A stretch of DNA of 64,000 bases from Capsulimonadaceae bacterium. GTDB taxonomy: Bacteria; Armatimonadota; Armatimonadia; Armatimonadales; Capsulimonadaceae. Shown piece by piece: positions 29,630 through 39,417 of the stretch. Below the pieces are notes generated by a model. The model searched no databases. It was not told where the DNA came from and saw nothing but the letters and a program-made list of their open reading frames with translations. Positions within the stretch are counted from its first letter, which is position 1. Each line of letters opens with the position of its first letter. The DNA lies in contig OZ244065.1 in the NCBI GenBank assembly GCA_965215505.1, forward strand, positions 5,728,001 through 5,792,000. The letters are read 5' to 3'. The translations under genes and the position numbers were made by a program.

Positions 29630-31815
29630 AATACACGAGCCTGCTCCGAATCGCCGCGCTCGCTCTACTTATCGGCACCGCTTCCCCGCACCCCTCGGTC
29701 GCCCAACCCCCGGACGCGCCGCCCGGCGTTATCACCGTCCAGGTCACGCCCAGGCCCGCCAACACTTTTGTCGCGACACAGGCGCTCGGGGCGGGGGTAG
29801 ATGGGCTGGACTATGGCGCCATTGGGAAGGCCTATGCGCCGGCCAACATCCAGGCGATGCGGTCGGCGGGGCTGGGTGCGCTGACCTACCGGCTGCGGAC
29901 GGAGCTTGCCGTGGAGGCGTGGCACTGGAACCCCTCGGGCCAGTGGAGCGAGGCCGGGAAGAGGCAGGGGTACTGGACCTCGGACGCGCAGGCTGGAGAG
30001 CCGATCTCGCTCTGCTACGGCTACCGGCTTCCCCGGCGGGGCAGCACGATTGACCAGGCGAACAACGACGGGTACTCGCGGCTGGACGACGGGGATGGGA
30101 ATACGTTCTGGAAGAGTAATCCTTACCTCGACCGGCATTTTACGGGCGAGGACAACGCCCGGCACCCGCAGTGGGTGCTGATAGACCTCGGGCGGGTGCA
30201 GCCCGTGAACGCCGTCCGGATCGCCTGGGCCGCCCCCTACGCGACCGACTATCAGGTGCAGTACTGGGATGGTGACAATGGCGGTGAGGACACGCGCAGC
30301 CTCGACGACACTTATGGCGCGGGCGGCGCGTGGCGGACGTTCCCACGGGGGGCACAGACGGGGGGGCAGGGCGGCGTGGTCCTTTTGCGGCTGGCCGCCG
30401 CGCCGCGCCAGTCTCGGTTCGTCCGCGTCTGGATGACCCGGAGCGGCGGTGCCCCGGTCGGGATTGGCGACATCCGGGACACGCTGGGCTATGCTGTTCG
30501 GGAGATCGGGGTGGGGGCGGTAGATAGGGCAGGTGTGTTCCATGACCTGATCCGTCATGCGCCGAACGGCAAACTCCAGACGCCGGTCTATGTCTCCTCC
30601 ACCGACCCGTGGCACCAGGCGGCGGGCCGCGACCCGAACGTCGAGCAGCCCGGCTTTGACCGCGTGTTTGGGTCCGGGCTGGCGAACGGCCTCCCCGTCC
30701 TCATGCCGGCGGGTGTCCTGTACGACACGCCCGACAACGCCGCCGCCGAACTGCGGTTCCTGCGGGCGCGCGGCCACCCGGTGACGCGGATGGAACTGGG
30801 GGAGGAGCCGGACGGGCAGTATGTGACGCCCGAGGATTACGGCGCGCTCTACCTCCAATGGGCGGACGCGCTGCACCGGGTAGACCCGGCGGTTCGGCTG
30901 GGCGGGCCGAGCTTCCAGACGGCGATAGATGGCTGGGTGGCCTGGCCGGACGCGCGGGGCGACCGCTCCTGGCTGCACCGATTCCTGGGCTATCTGAAGC
31001 GGCGGGGGCGGCTCGCCGATTTCTCCTTCTTCTCGTTCGAGTGGTATCCCTTCGACAACGTCTGTGCGCCGCCCGGCCCGCAGCTCGCGCTGGCCCCCGG
31101 CATGCTGCAAAACGCGCTGGCCCGGCTCCAGCACGAAGGCCTTCCCCGCCGCATCCCCTGGCTGATCACCGAGTACGGCTACTCGGCATTCGCGGGCGAG
31201 GCCGAGATGACCTGGCCCGGTGCCCTGCTCAACGCCGAAACCGCCGCCCAGTTTCTGACCCTGGGCGGCTCGGCGGCCTACCTCTATGGCTATGAGCCGA
31301 ACGTGCCCATCCACGAAGTCCAGGATTGCCCGACGTGGGGCAACCTCGCGCTCCTCCTGTCGGGGAACGGCCGCCCTCCGGCCCCCCTCGCCACTTACCA
31401 CGCCGCGCGCCTGCTGACGCAGCAGTGGGCGCAGGCGGGCACCGACCGGCCCCAGGAGGTCTATAGGGCGACCTCCAGCCTGCGGAACAGCCTGGGCCTG
31501 CCCCCCGTGACGGCCTACGCCGTCCACCGGCCGGACGGGCGGTGGGCGGTGCTGCTGCTGAACAAGGACCCGAAGCGGGCGCACCGGGTCACCCTCAGGT
31601 TCCGGCGGGGGGGCGGTTCGACCCCCCTTACCTTCTCCGCGCCGACCGATCTCTACCAGTATTCGGCGGCGCAGTACGTTTGGCACCCGGACAAGGCGCG
31701 TGGATACCCGTCCCCGAACCTGCCGCCCGCACACAGCGTCTCCGTCGGCGGTGCGGTGACACTCCCGCCGTTCTCGCTTTCCGTGCTGCGCGGGACGGTC
31801 ATGGGTCTGCCTTAA
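29626..31815 (+). CDS. Secreted clan GH-A glycoside hydrolase with inserted discoidin (F5/8 type C) domain
   Basis: Signal peptide; DGDGNTFWKS..QWVLIDLG..VRIAW..Y.VQYW discoidin; ELGEEPDG, ITEYGYS, LLNKD. Confidence 0.8.
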   Translation: MKYTSLLRIAALALLIGTASPHPSVAQPPDAPPGVITVQVTPRPANTFVATQALGAGVDGLDYGAIGKAYAPANIQAMRSAGLGALTYRLRTELAVEAWHWNPSGQWSEAGKRQGYWTSDAQAGEPISLCYGYRLPRRGSTIDQANNDGYSRLDDGDGNTFWKSNPYLDRHFTGEDNARHPQWVLIDLGRVQPVNAVRIAWAAPYATDYQVQYWDGDNGGEDTRSLDDTYGAGGAWRTFPRGAQTGGQGGVVLLRLAAAPRQSRFVRVWMTRSGGAPVGIGDIRDTLGYAVREIGVGAVDRAGVFHDLIRHAPNGKLQTPVYVSSTDPWHQAAGRDPNVEQPGFDRVFGSGLANGLPVLMPAGVLYDTPDNAAAELRFLRARGHPVTRMELGEEPDGQYVTPEDYGALYLQWADALHRVDPAVRLGGPSFQTAIDGWVAWPDARGDRSWLHRFLGYLKRRGRLADFSFFSFEWYPFDNVCAPPGPQLALAPGMLQNALARLQHEGLPRRIPWLITEYGYSAFAGEAEMTWPGALLNAETAAQFLTLGGSAAYLYGYEPNVPIHEVQDCPTWGNLALLLSGNGRPPAPLATYHAARLLTQQWAQAGTDRPQEVYRATSSLRNSLGLPPVTAYAVHRPDGRWAVLLLNKDPKRAHRVTLRFRRGGGSTPLTFSAPTDLYQYSAAQYVWHPDKARGYPSPNLPPAHSVSVGGAVTLPPFSLSVLRGTVMGLP

Positions 31816-31945
31816 CACCCCCCGCACTGCCGCGACGTTCCCCAGCCTACGGCGGCAATTCTCGCAAGAAGCGTCTCCACTTGAAGCTATAGTTGTTCAT
31901 AATACTGCAAACCAAAGGCAAATACTGGGCTGCCGAATGAAACAC

Positions 31946-32114
31946 TGCCGCTTTCATCCCTACCGCACTGCATTCCACTCACGTCAGCCGACCTCGAAAT
32001 ACGACGCCGTTTTCCCCTTCATCCGCAACGAAGCAGCCCGTGATGGTGCGCTCGCGGAAGCGTCTCCCCGTCTGCTCGCTGGTATCTGCCACCGCTCGTT
32101 GAAAGGAAAACGTC
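31946..32114 (+). promoter_or_regulatory. Conserved 5' leader, copy 1 (candidate cis-regulatory RNA)
   Basis: Shares ordered blocks with 33301-33493: TGCCGCT, TACCGCA, ACGACGCCGTTTTCCC-N6-CCGCAACGAAGC, TGGYGCGCTC-N2-GGAAGCGT, CCGCTCG-N2-GAAAGGA. Confidence 0.55.
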
Positions 32115-32933
32115 GTGTCGACTCTCTTCCGCAGTCCGGCCCGGTCACGCAAGGGCTTTATCCTGATCGAGCTGCTCGTCGTCATCGCCATCATCGCTAT
32201 TCTCGCCGCGATCCTCTTCCCCGTCTTCCAGAAGGTCCGTGAGAACGCCCGCCGCACCGCCTCCCTTTCCAACATCAAGCAGATGTCGCTCGGCTACACG
32301 CTGTATTACCAGGATTCGGATGAGGTGCTGCCCGGCCTGTTCTACACCAGCCCCGTGGCGATCACTTATCCCGGCGAAACCACGCCCCGCACCACTTACA
32401 CCTGGGTGGAATACCTGGAGCCGTATACGAGGAGCCACGGCATCTATCACTGCCCCGACGCGGGCACTACGGACAACGTACTCGCCGGGACCGCCACTTA
32501 TATCGCCGACTATGCCGTGCTGCCTGGGCGGCCCGGCTACGGTGGCGGTACGGGGATGCGGGGCACGGCGGGTGCCGGGGGCGGGCAGGGGACACAGGAC
32601 TGTCCTTTCTCGCAGCACCCCAGCAGAACGATCAACGGGACCGTCGTCCAGGATTTCAAGCTCTCCCAGGTAGCCCGTCCGACGGAGGCGATGCTCTTCA
32701 CGGAAGGCTACCTGGGCTACAGCGCGGCCAGCGGCTTTTTGGAGCGCTTCTTCTTTGCGCGGCACAACGTCTCCTCGACCGTCCCCGGCCCCGGCGACCA
32801 GATCAGGAACGCGATGGACGGCTCGGGCTGCCCGGCCTCTGCGGCGAATCCGGCCGCGCTTGACCCGCGCTTCCGGCCTGAAAGCGGCATGAACGTCGGC
32901 TCCGTGGATGGTCATGCCAAGTACATGAGGTGA
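32115..32933 (+). CDS. Prepilin-type N-terminal cleavage / DUF1559 H-X9-DG protein, possibly truncated by a premature TGA
   Basis: [50 protein letters not shown]; frame continues 23 codons after the TGA. Confidence 0.85.
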   Translation: MSTLFRSPARSRKGFILIELLVVIAIIAILAAILFPVFQKVRENARRTASLSNIKQMSLGYTLYYQDSDEVLPGLFYTSPVAITYPGETTPRTTYTWVEYLEPYTRSHGIYHCPDAGTTDNVLAGTATYIADYAVLPGRPGYGGGTGMRGTAGAGGGQGTQDCPFSQHPSRTINGTVVQDFKLSQVARPTEAMLFTEGYLGYSAASGFLERFFFARHNVSSTVPGPGDQIRNAMDGSGCPASAANPAALDPRFRPESGMNVGSVDGHAKYMR

Positions 32934-33045
32934 GGCCAGCACCAGGAAAAAATCCAGCAGGCCGACGGCACATGGATTTGGCGCTATCTGACCGCCGACA
33001 TGTGACCGCTGACGCGTAACCGGCATGGGACCGGAACAGGAGCCA

Positions 33046-33075
33046 GGGGCCTGGAGGCACCCGCCTCCAGGCCCC
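33046..33075. terminator. Perfect 13-bp hairpin downstream of the first DUF1559 gene
   Basis: GGGGCCTGGAGGC-ACCC-GCCTCCAGGCCCC; no clear U-tract. Confidence 0.45.
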
Positions 33076-33300
33076 CACGTCCCTATGATGCGCCGCACGA
33101 GTGCCTGCAAGTTGCAAGTAGGCTGCCCGCCGATGCGGGACGGACGGCAGGCGGGTGATGGTGCGCTTGCCTGATTGCCTGGCGACTCGCCCGGTGCCGT
33201 TAACATAAATTGGCTACTCTGGCAAAAAAACACTATTTTGCTCGGCTGACATAGTATATTTTCCGTCAAAGTGCGGGTATACTTCACCAATCCAAAGCAA

Positions 33301-33493
33301 TGCCGCTTGTACCGCATTCTGCCCTGACCACCCTTTGTTTTGGAACACGACGCCGTTTTCCCTCTATCCCGCAACGAAGCGACCCTGTCGGACAAAGATT
33401 TCCAGTGCTGTCTCCTGGAATCTTGGCGCGCTCATGGAAGCGTTCGCCATCTCAGGGGTAGCCAGATACCCCGCTCGCAGAAAGGAACTCATC
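33301..33493 (+). promoter_or_regulatory. Conserved 5' leader, copy 2 (candidate cis-regulatory RNA)
   Basis: Same ordered blocks as 31946-32114, plus an extra hairpin AAGATTTCCAG/CTGGAATCTT (33395-33424). Confidence 0.55.
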
Positions 33494-34408
33494 GTGCCGT
33501 ATCATCTCTCCAAACCGGGTCAGCCCCGCAGGGGCTTCACCCTGATCGAGCTGCTCGTCGTCATCGCCATCATCGCGATTCTCGCCGCCATCCTCTTCCC
33601 GGTCTTCCAGAAGGTCCGCGAGAACGCCCGCCGCGCCTCCTGCCAGTCCAACATGAAGCAGATCGGGATCGCCATGATCCAGTACACGCAGGATGCGGAC
33701 GAGAAGTACCCCATCACGGTGCCCTTCGCGCCGGGCCTCTGGTACTCCGGCTACGTCTTCACCACGCCGGCGGAGTGGAGGCCAACCGCCAGCTATGTCC
33801 TGCGGAACTCGTACTGGTCCAACTCGCTCCAGACCTTCATCAAGAGCGAGGCGGTCTATACCTGCCCGGACTCGACCGAGTACCACAATGCAGGTGTCAG
33901 CTACGTCAGCCCGCCGGTGCAGTGGGCGAACATGTCCTACATGATGAACGGGAACCTCAATTCGCTCAACCTGTCGTCCGTCAACTCGCCCGCGATCCTG
34001 ATTATGTTCATGGATAAACTCGGCCTTGCGAGCGAGTCCGGCTTCGGCGACGTCATGCCGACTCTGATCTGCACGGACGCGACTCAGCCCTGCGTCTACC
34101 AGGCAAATCCTAACCCGAGCGGCAGCACATGCGCGACAGCGAATGCGGGCAACGGCTCGACGGACGGGTGGTATGTGCCCTTCCTCCCCTGGCCCCCCGC
34201 CACCTCACAGTTCTCGGCGATGGTACACTCGGGCGGTGACAACCTTGCCTATGCCGATGGGCACGTCAAGTGGATCCGCCACGACGGGAATTACACGTCC
34301 GACCCCTGGACCAAATACGACTCGTTCGGCAATGCGACGGACTACACCTACGATGGCTGCCACGACTGGCTCTTCCGGCCGGAGATGGACCACACTTCCT
34401 ACCCCTAA
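33494..34408 (+). CDS. Prepilin-type N-terminal cleavage / DUF1559 H-X9-DG protein
   Basis: [71 protein letters not shown] start after GAAAGGA. Confidence 0.92.
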   Translation: MPYHLSKPGQPRRGFTLIELLVVIAIIAILAAILFPVFQKVRENARRASCQSNMKQIGIAMIQYTQDADEKYPITVPFAPGLWYSGYVFTTPAEWRPTASYVLRNSYWSNSLQTFIKSEAVYTCPDSTEYHNAGVSYVSPPVQWANMSYMMNGNLNSLNLSSVNSPAILIMFMDKLGLASESGFGDVMPTLICTDATQPCVYQANPNPSGSTCATANAGNGSTDGWYVPFLPWPPATSQFSAMVHSGGDNLAYADGHVKWIRHDGNYTSDPWTKYDSFGNATDYTYDGCHDWLFRPEMDHTSYP

Positions 34409-34488
34409 AGCCGCTGCCAATCAGGGTGCCGCCTCGTTGTGGCGGCACCCAATGGCTGTTCCCTTCTGGGGAAGTGAAGGAGAAATGA

Positions 34489-34749
34489 ATGACGAAGAAG
34501 TTGAAGCACGGGATGATGCTCTGTGCCGCACTTGCCGGTGCGTCTTTCCTGATCGCCGGATGCTCCAAGACCGACGATGCGCCGCCAACAGCCCCGCCGC
34601 CCGTACCGGCGGCAGGGGCACAAGGTGGCGGACCTAGACCCGCTCCCGGCCCGATGGCCTCGCCGAGCGGTGCCCCGGCAGGGGGTGCCCCGGCAGGGGG
34701 TGCCCCAGCAGCGGGCGGCCAAGCGGCGGGCGCTGCCGGCACCATGTGA
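34489..34749 (+). CDS. Small Pro/Gly/Ala-rich lipoprotein
   Basis: AAGGAG RBS, lipobox LIAG-C, GAPAG repeats. Confidence 0.75.
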   Translation: MTKKLKHGMMLCAALAGASFLIAGCSKTDDAPPTAPPPVPAAGAQGGGPRPAPGPMASPSGAPAGGAPAGGAPAAGGQAAGAAGTM

Positions 34750-34816
34750 CAGGCGCTTGCTGTCTGCATGGCCCTGCGGGGTGTCAGACAAGAACAATGC
34801 GGCAGACAAAACAATC

Positions 34817-34850
34817 GGGCGGAGACACAGAATGTGTCCCCGCCCTTTTT
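34817..34850 (+). terminator. Rho-independent terminator
   Basis: GGGCGGAGACAC-AGAAT-GTGTCCCCGCCC followed by TTTTT. Confidence 0.75.
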
Positions 34851-34866
34851 CTTTGCGTTCCATCAC

Positions 34867-34896
34867 TTGACACGCCCTGCCTGCTCGCGCTATAAT
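34867..34896 (+). promoter_or_regulatory. pyr operon promoter
   Basis: TTGACA-N18-TATAAT consensus. Confidence 0.85.
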
Positions 34897-34924
34897 GCTT
34901 GCAGATCGTTTCGTTTGATCTCGT

Positions 34925-34958
34925 GACCTTTAATCCCGTCCCGCGAGGCGGGGAAGGC
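34925..34958 (+). promoter_or_regulatory. PyrR-binding RNA loop (pyr attenuator leader)
   Basis: CCTTTAA-TCCCGTCCCGCGAGGCGGGG-AAGG matches the PyrR element (CUUUAA and GUCCNGNGAGGC); directly upstream of pyrR. Confidence 0.85.
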
Positions 34959-35072
34959 AGCGTCCCACACGTCCAGGCGCCGTACTGAAACCGTTTCAGG
35001 CCCCCTGCTCTGTCGCGCCCCCTTTCCGCCCGCTTTGGGACTTTTTCTCGGAAATCGTTCTTGAGGCGAACC

Positions 35073-35669
35073 ATGTCCTCCGAAGCCGACGGCCCATACC
35101 CGAATCCAGTCACTGACTCCTCGCCCCTCAACGCCGCCACCATCATGGATGCCGACGAGATGCGCCGTGCCTGGACGCGCATCGCGCACGAGGTGCTGGA
35201 AAAGAACCGGGGGGTCCGGGACCTCGCCATCGTCGGAATCCTCCGCAAAGGTGCCCCACTGGCCCGCCGCCTCGCCGACGCCATCGCGCGCATCGAGGGC
35301 ACTCCGGTCCCCGTGGGCGACCTGGACATCTCCCTGTACCGTGACGACTTCCGCACCTACCAGCCCAAGGTGGGGACGACAAAAATCCCCTTCGACATCG
35401 AGGGCAAGCGGCTGATCCTGGTGGACGACGTCGCCTTCACCGGCCGGACCGTCCGCGCCGCCCTCGGTGCCCTGGTTGACCTGGGTCGCCCCGCCGTCAC
35501 CCAACTCGCCGTGCTGGTGGACCGGGGTCACCGTGAGCTGCCCATCCGCCCCGATTACGTCGGCAAGAACCTCCCCACGGGCCGCCGCGAGTTCGTCAAA
35601 GTCTTCCTGAGCGAGCTGGACGGCGAGGACAAAGTAGTCATCCACAAGGATGCAGGGGCGGGGGCATGA
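35073..35669 (+). CDS. pyrR: Pyrimidine operon attenuation protein / UPRTase PyrR
   Basis: [53 protein letters not shown]. Confidence 0.97.
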   Translation: MSSEADGPYPNPVTDSSPLNAATIMDADEMRRAWTRIAHEVLEKNRGVRDLAIVGILRKGAPLARRLADAIARIEGTPVPVGDLDISLYRDDFRTYQPKVGTTKIPFDIEGKRLILVDDVAFTGRTVRAALGALVDLGRPAVTQLAVLVDRGHRELPIRPDYVGKNLPTGRREFVKVFLSELDGEDKVVIHKDAGAGA

Positions 35670-36589
35670 GGCGTAAAGACCTCTTAGACCTGCAAAGCCT
35701 GACCGCCGAGGAGATCACCTATCTGCTTGACACGGCGCAGTCGTTCCGGGAGATCGTCACCCGGCCCGTCAAGAAGGTGCCGACTCTGCGCGGCAAGTCC
35801 GTCGCCACCCTCTTCTTCGAGCCGAGTACGCGGACGCGGACGTCGTTTGAAGCGGCAGCCAAGATCATGTCGGCGGACACATACAGCCTGGCCGGGACCA
35901 CGAGCAGCGCGGTCAAGGGCGAGTCGCTCAAAGACACGATGCTGACGCTGGACGCGATGGGCATAGACGCCTTCGTCATCCGCCACCCGTTCAGCGGCGC
36001 GGCCCACCTCGCCGCCAAATATGTGCCTAAAAAGCCCGTCATCAACGCCGGGGACGGGACGCACGAACACCCGACGCAGGGCCTGCTGGACCTGCTGACG
36101 ATTCGGCAGGTGAAGGGCCGGATCGCGGGCCTGACCGTCGCCATCGTCGGCGACGTGCTGCACAGTCGGGTCGCCCGCTCCAACATCTGGGGCCTGCACG
36201 CGATGGGCGCGAACGTCCGGCTCGTCGGCCCACCGACACTGCTGCCTGCCGATTCCGATCAGTTACCCGTCGAGGTCTTCACGAACCTGGAAGCGGGCCT
36301 GCGTGGAGTGGACGTGGTCAACATCCTGCGTATCCAGCTAGAGCGTCAGGATTCGGCCTTCTTCCCGTCCGTCCGCGAGTACGCCCGGCTGTTCGGCGTC
36401 AGCAAGGCGAAGCTGAAGGACGCCGCGCCGGACGTGACCGTGCTGCACCCCGGCCCGATGAACCGGGGCGTCGAGATCGCCTCCGCCCTGGCCGATGACG
36501 ACATCGCCGTCATCACGGACCAGGTGACGAACGGCGTTGCGGTTCGCATGGCCGTCCTGTTCTGGTTGATGGGGGCGCCGACGCCCTGA
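35666..36589 (+). CDS. pyrB: Aspartate carbamoyltransferase catalytic subunit
   Basis: [45 protein letters not shown]. Confidence 0.98.
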   Translation: MRRKDLLDLQSLTAEEITYLLDTAQSFREIVTRPVKKVPTLRGKSVATLFFEPSTRTRTSFEAAAKIMSADTYSLAGTTSSAVKGESLKDTMLTLDAMGIDAFVIRHPFSGAAHLAAKYVPKKPVINAGDGTHEHPTQGLLDLLTIRQVKGRIAGLTVAIVGDVLHSRVARSNIWGLHAMGANVRLVGPPTLLPADSDQLPVEVFTNLEAGLRGVDVVNILRIQLERQDSAFFPSVREYARLFGVSKAKLKDAAPDVTVLHPGPMNRGVEIASALADDDIAVITDQVTNGVAVRMAVLFWLMGAPTP

Positions 36590-36646
36590 AGTCCCGGCTG
36601 ATTGTGTTCCGGCTGGAAGAACAGCCGGACCAAAGGAGTAGATGAA

Positions 36647-37204
36647 TTGAGCGTCAACCGTGTCCTGCGCTTCCTCGGCGGTCTGTTCATCGCGACGGTG
36701 CTGCTGGTCCTGATCCTGCCGTTCGCGGGCATCCCGCAGTCCAAGTTCCTGCCGCCGTTCGTGGCCTACTCGAAAGCGACTGGGAGCGCCCGAGGGTTCA
36801 TCACGAAGAAAGAGGTCGCGCCGACGGTCAACCCGTTCAAGACCGGCGATCACATCTTCCTGCTGGACTACACGTTTAGAGCGCCCGATCCCCCCTTGCG
36901 TGGTCAGGTGAAGCCTGGTCCAAAGCAGGTGCATAACGCGCAGATCAAGGTGGACGCCGCCACCTGGGGCGACATGGACAACCCTAAGAAGACCGGCATG
37001 CTGCCTGGTCAGATCGTCCATGTAAAGTTCGAGACGACCTACCCGGACATCAACGGCATAGACAAACCAGACTTGGGACTGGGATGCGGGCCGGGCAGCA
37101 ACATCCTGAGCGGCTGGCTCCTATTCGTACTCCTGGACCTGGTCCTGGCCTACGGCTTCATGGCCCTCGTCCTGGAGCGGTTCGGGCGGCAGGAAGACAT
37201 CTGA
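36647..37204 (+). CDS. Hypothetical membrane protein (N- and C-terminal TM, DUF3592-like layout)
   Basis: AAGGAG RBS before TTG 36647; two TM segments around a soluble domain. Confidence 0.7.
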   Translation: MSVNRVLRFLGGLFIATVLLVLILPFAGIPQSKFLPPFVAYSKATGSARGFITKKEVAPTVNPFKTGDHIFLLDYTFRAPDPPLRGQVKPGPKQVHNAQIKVDAATWGDMDNPKKTGMLPGQIVHVKFETTYPDINGIDKPDLGLGCGPGSNILSGWLLFVLLDLVLAYGFMALVLERFGRQEDI

Positions 37205-37206
37205 GT

Positions 37207-37668
37207 TTGACGCTGAAAGAGTTGCAGCCGTCCCTTGATTATGATGACAACCAGGCAAAGAGCTGCCTCTACCTGAAGGACGGCGTGTTCACCGTTCACG
37301 TCAACGAGGCCGCGCTTGCGGCCCTGCGCTGGAGCCTGTGGTGGCTGGCGGCAGACGCCCCCCGTGGGGAGGATGTTTCCATCTCCTCGTTCTGGAGAGG
37401 CGATTTAGTCGACCAGGGCACACAGATCGGCTATTGTGAGATCACCCTCGTCGGCGAGGGAAAATCTCGTAACCCAAAAGCCCCACATAAGCTAAGGCTG
37501 GAGGACGACCGATTAGATCTTTTCGTGACACGGGAGCCGGCCAAAGAAGCTTTCTTCGCGGTCCAAGAAGTCGGCTTCGGTAAGGCTGACCCGGACAGGA
37601 CACAGATTTTCGGCCTCCTCTGGATTACGCTCCTGCCGGACCCCTTGTGGCCTGCGGGCGTCGCTTGA
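37207..37668 (+). CDS. Hypothetical protein (weak Imm32-like resemblance)
   Basis: ORF fills the gap before pyrC; VHVNEAALAAL...L..LA...G pattern; start uncertain. Confidence 0.55.
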   Translation: MTLKELQPSLDYDDNQAKSCLYLKDGVFTVHVNEAALAALRWSLWWLAADAPRGEDVSISSFWRGDLVDQGTQIGYCEITLVGEGKSRNPKAPHKLRLEDDRLDLFVTREPAKEAFFAVQEVGFGKADPDRTQIFGLLWITLLPDPLWPAGVA

Positions 37669-37679
37669 ACAATAACGAC

Positions 37680-38957
37680 ATGACCAGTTATCTCCTTAAA
37701 AGTGGACGGGTGATTGACCCCGCGAATGGCCGCGACGGAGTGGCCGACGTACTCATCGGCGCGGACGGCCTGATCGCCGAGGTCGGGCCGGGCCTCGACG
37801 CCGGGCCGGACGCGCAGGTCGTGGACTGCACGGGCCAGATCGTCGCGCCGGGTCTCATTGACATGCATGTCCACCTGCGCGTACCAGGCCAGGAGTACAA
37901 AGAAGACGTCGCCTCGGGCACGGCGGCGGCGGCAAACGGGGGCTTCACCGCCATCGCCTGCCAGCCGAACACGGCTCCGCCGATCGACCAGGCGGGCATC
38001 GTTCGGGACATCTTGGCTCAGGCCACCCACGCCTCGGCGCGCGTCCACGTCGTCGCCGCCGTCAGCAAGGGGCTGGAAAACACCGAACTCAGCGAGATGG
38101 CGGACCTGAAGGATGCCGGCGCGGTCGCCATCGGCGATGACGCCTTCCCTGTCCACAACAGCGGCTTCCTGCGCCGGGCGATGGAATACTGCCGGATGCT
38201 CGACCTGCCCTACATGGCCCACTGCGAAGACAAGGACCTGACGGGCGACGGCGTGATGAATGAAGGCTACGTCTCGACCGTGCTGGGACTGAGGGGCATC
38301 CCGCGCTCCGCCGAGAACGTCGGCACGGCCCGGAACATCCTGCTCGCCATGACGATCGGCTGCCGCCTGCACATCCTGCACGTCAGCACCAAGGAGAGCG
38401 TCGAGATCATCCGCCACGCCAAGAGCTTCGGCGCACTGATCACCTGCGAAACCTGCCCGCAATACGTCGCCCTGACCGACGAGGCGTGCCTTGACTACAA
38501 CACGAACGCCAAGATGTCGCCGCCCCTACGGACGAAAGCCGATCAGGAGGCCATCATCGAGGGCCTGCGCGACGGCACCATTGACGCCATCGCGACCGAC
38601 CACGCGCCGCACGCGCCGCACGAGAAGGAGCAGGAGTTTGCCCGCGCCCCCTTCGGGATGCTCGGCCTGGAAACCTCGCTTGGCCTGGTCGTGACGCACC
38701 TCGTCAAGCCGGGTGTCCTGACGCTCCCGCAGATGGTGGAGAAGATGTCGCTCGTGCCCGCGCGCATCCTGGGCGTCCCCGCCGGGACGCTCTCGGTCGG
38801 CACCGCCGCCGACATCAGCGTCTTCGACTCCGAGGCCGAGTGGACGGTGGATGTGAGCCGGTTCAAGTCCAAGTCCCGTAACAGTGTGCTGGAAGGCGTC
38901 ACGCTGATGGGCAAGCCAATCACGACGTTCGTGGGCGGACGGCGGGTAATGCTATAA
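37680..38957 (+). CDS. pyrC: Dihydroorotase
   Basis: PGLIDMHVHLRVPG, HCED, HILHVST, KMSPPLR, ATDHAPH. Confidence 0.97.
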   Translation: MTSYLLKSGRVIDPANGRDGVADVLIGADGLIAEVGPGLDAGPDAQVVDCTGQIVAPGLIDMHVHLRVPGQEYKEDVASGTAAAANGGFTAIACQPNTAPPIDQAGIVRDILAQATHASARVHVVAAVSKGLENTELSEMADLKDAGAVAIGDDAFPVHNSGFLRRAMEYCRMLDLPYMAHCEDKDLTGDGVMNEGYVSTVLGLRGIPRSAENVGTARNILLAMTIGCRLHILHVSTKESVEIIRHAKSFGALITCETCPQYVALTDEACLDYNTNAKMSPPLRTKADQEAIIEGLRDGTIDAIATDHAPHAPHEKEQEFARAPFGMLGLETSLGLVVTHLVKPGVLTLPQMVEKMSLVPARILGVPAGTLSVGTAADISVFDSEAEWTVDVSRFKSKSRNSVLEGVTLMGKPITTFVGGRRVML

Positions 38958-39032
38958 AGCCCCCAAGCGGTTGAAAACCGCTCGCTAAGTGAGGCGTCCT
39001 GCGGACGCGAGGATGTGTGGAATTGCCGGACG

Positions 39033-39410
39033 ATGAAAGTAAAAACACCGCTCCAGGCGTTGATAGAAAAATATCGTTATCATGTGGACTTCGCTGAACT
39101 AGACCTGAATGACATCAATCGGCAGTGTTATCCCGATGATGATGCCCTAATTCATTTGGTCGCCCGCGTCGGTGGACCGGATGAGATTGAGCTACTGGTA
39201 GTATCCGGCGCACGGGTGAATGCGCTCGGAGATATGGGGTTCACGGCTCTGCATTACGCAGCCATGAACGGACGCCTTACAGTGGCAAAAAGGCTGCTTG
39301 ATCTTGGTGCAGACCCAAACATACGCAACGAGTGGGGGCAAACCGCAGCAGTGGTTGCTGTGATCGGCGGCCACACCGACATGACTAAGCTTCTTAAACG
39401 CGGCAAATAA
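39033..39410 (+). CDS. Ankyrin repeat protein
   Basis: GARVN...GFTALHYAA..G...AKRLLDLGADPNIRNEWGQT; lower GC. Confidence 0.85.
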   Translation: MKVKTPLQALIEKYRYHVDFAELDLNDINRQCYPDDDALIHLVARVGGPDEIELLVVSGARVNALGDMGFTALHYAAMNGRLTVAKRLLDLGADPNIRNEWGQTAAVVAVIGGHTDMTKLLKRGK

Positions 39411-39417
39411 CTGACTT

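Noticed and set aside
29665-31827. 720-aa antisense ORF, and similar long shadow ORFs (9435-10805, 15602-17038, 24904-26220, 59294-61339, 61110-62954)
   Set aside because: Antisense or alternate-frame shadows of well-supported genes, expected in high-GC DNA, with no recognisable motifs
31937-32242. Leader peptide (YDAVFPFIRNEA / [12 protein letters not shown]) shared by the two DUF1559 leaders
   Set aside because: Similarity is explained by nucleotide identity. Starts and frames are not conserved across the other blocks, and both ORFs run out of frame into the pilin genes
32931-32933. Selenocysteine at the in-frame TGA
   Set aside because: No obvious SECIS-like hairpin immediately downstream, and the position is not a conserved Cys in the paralog
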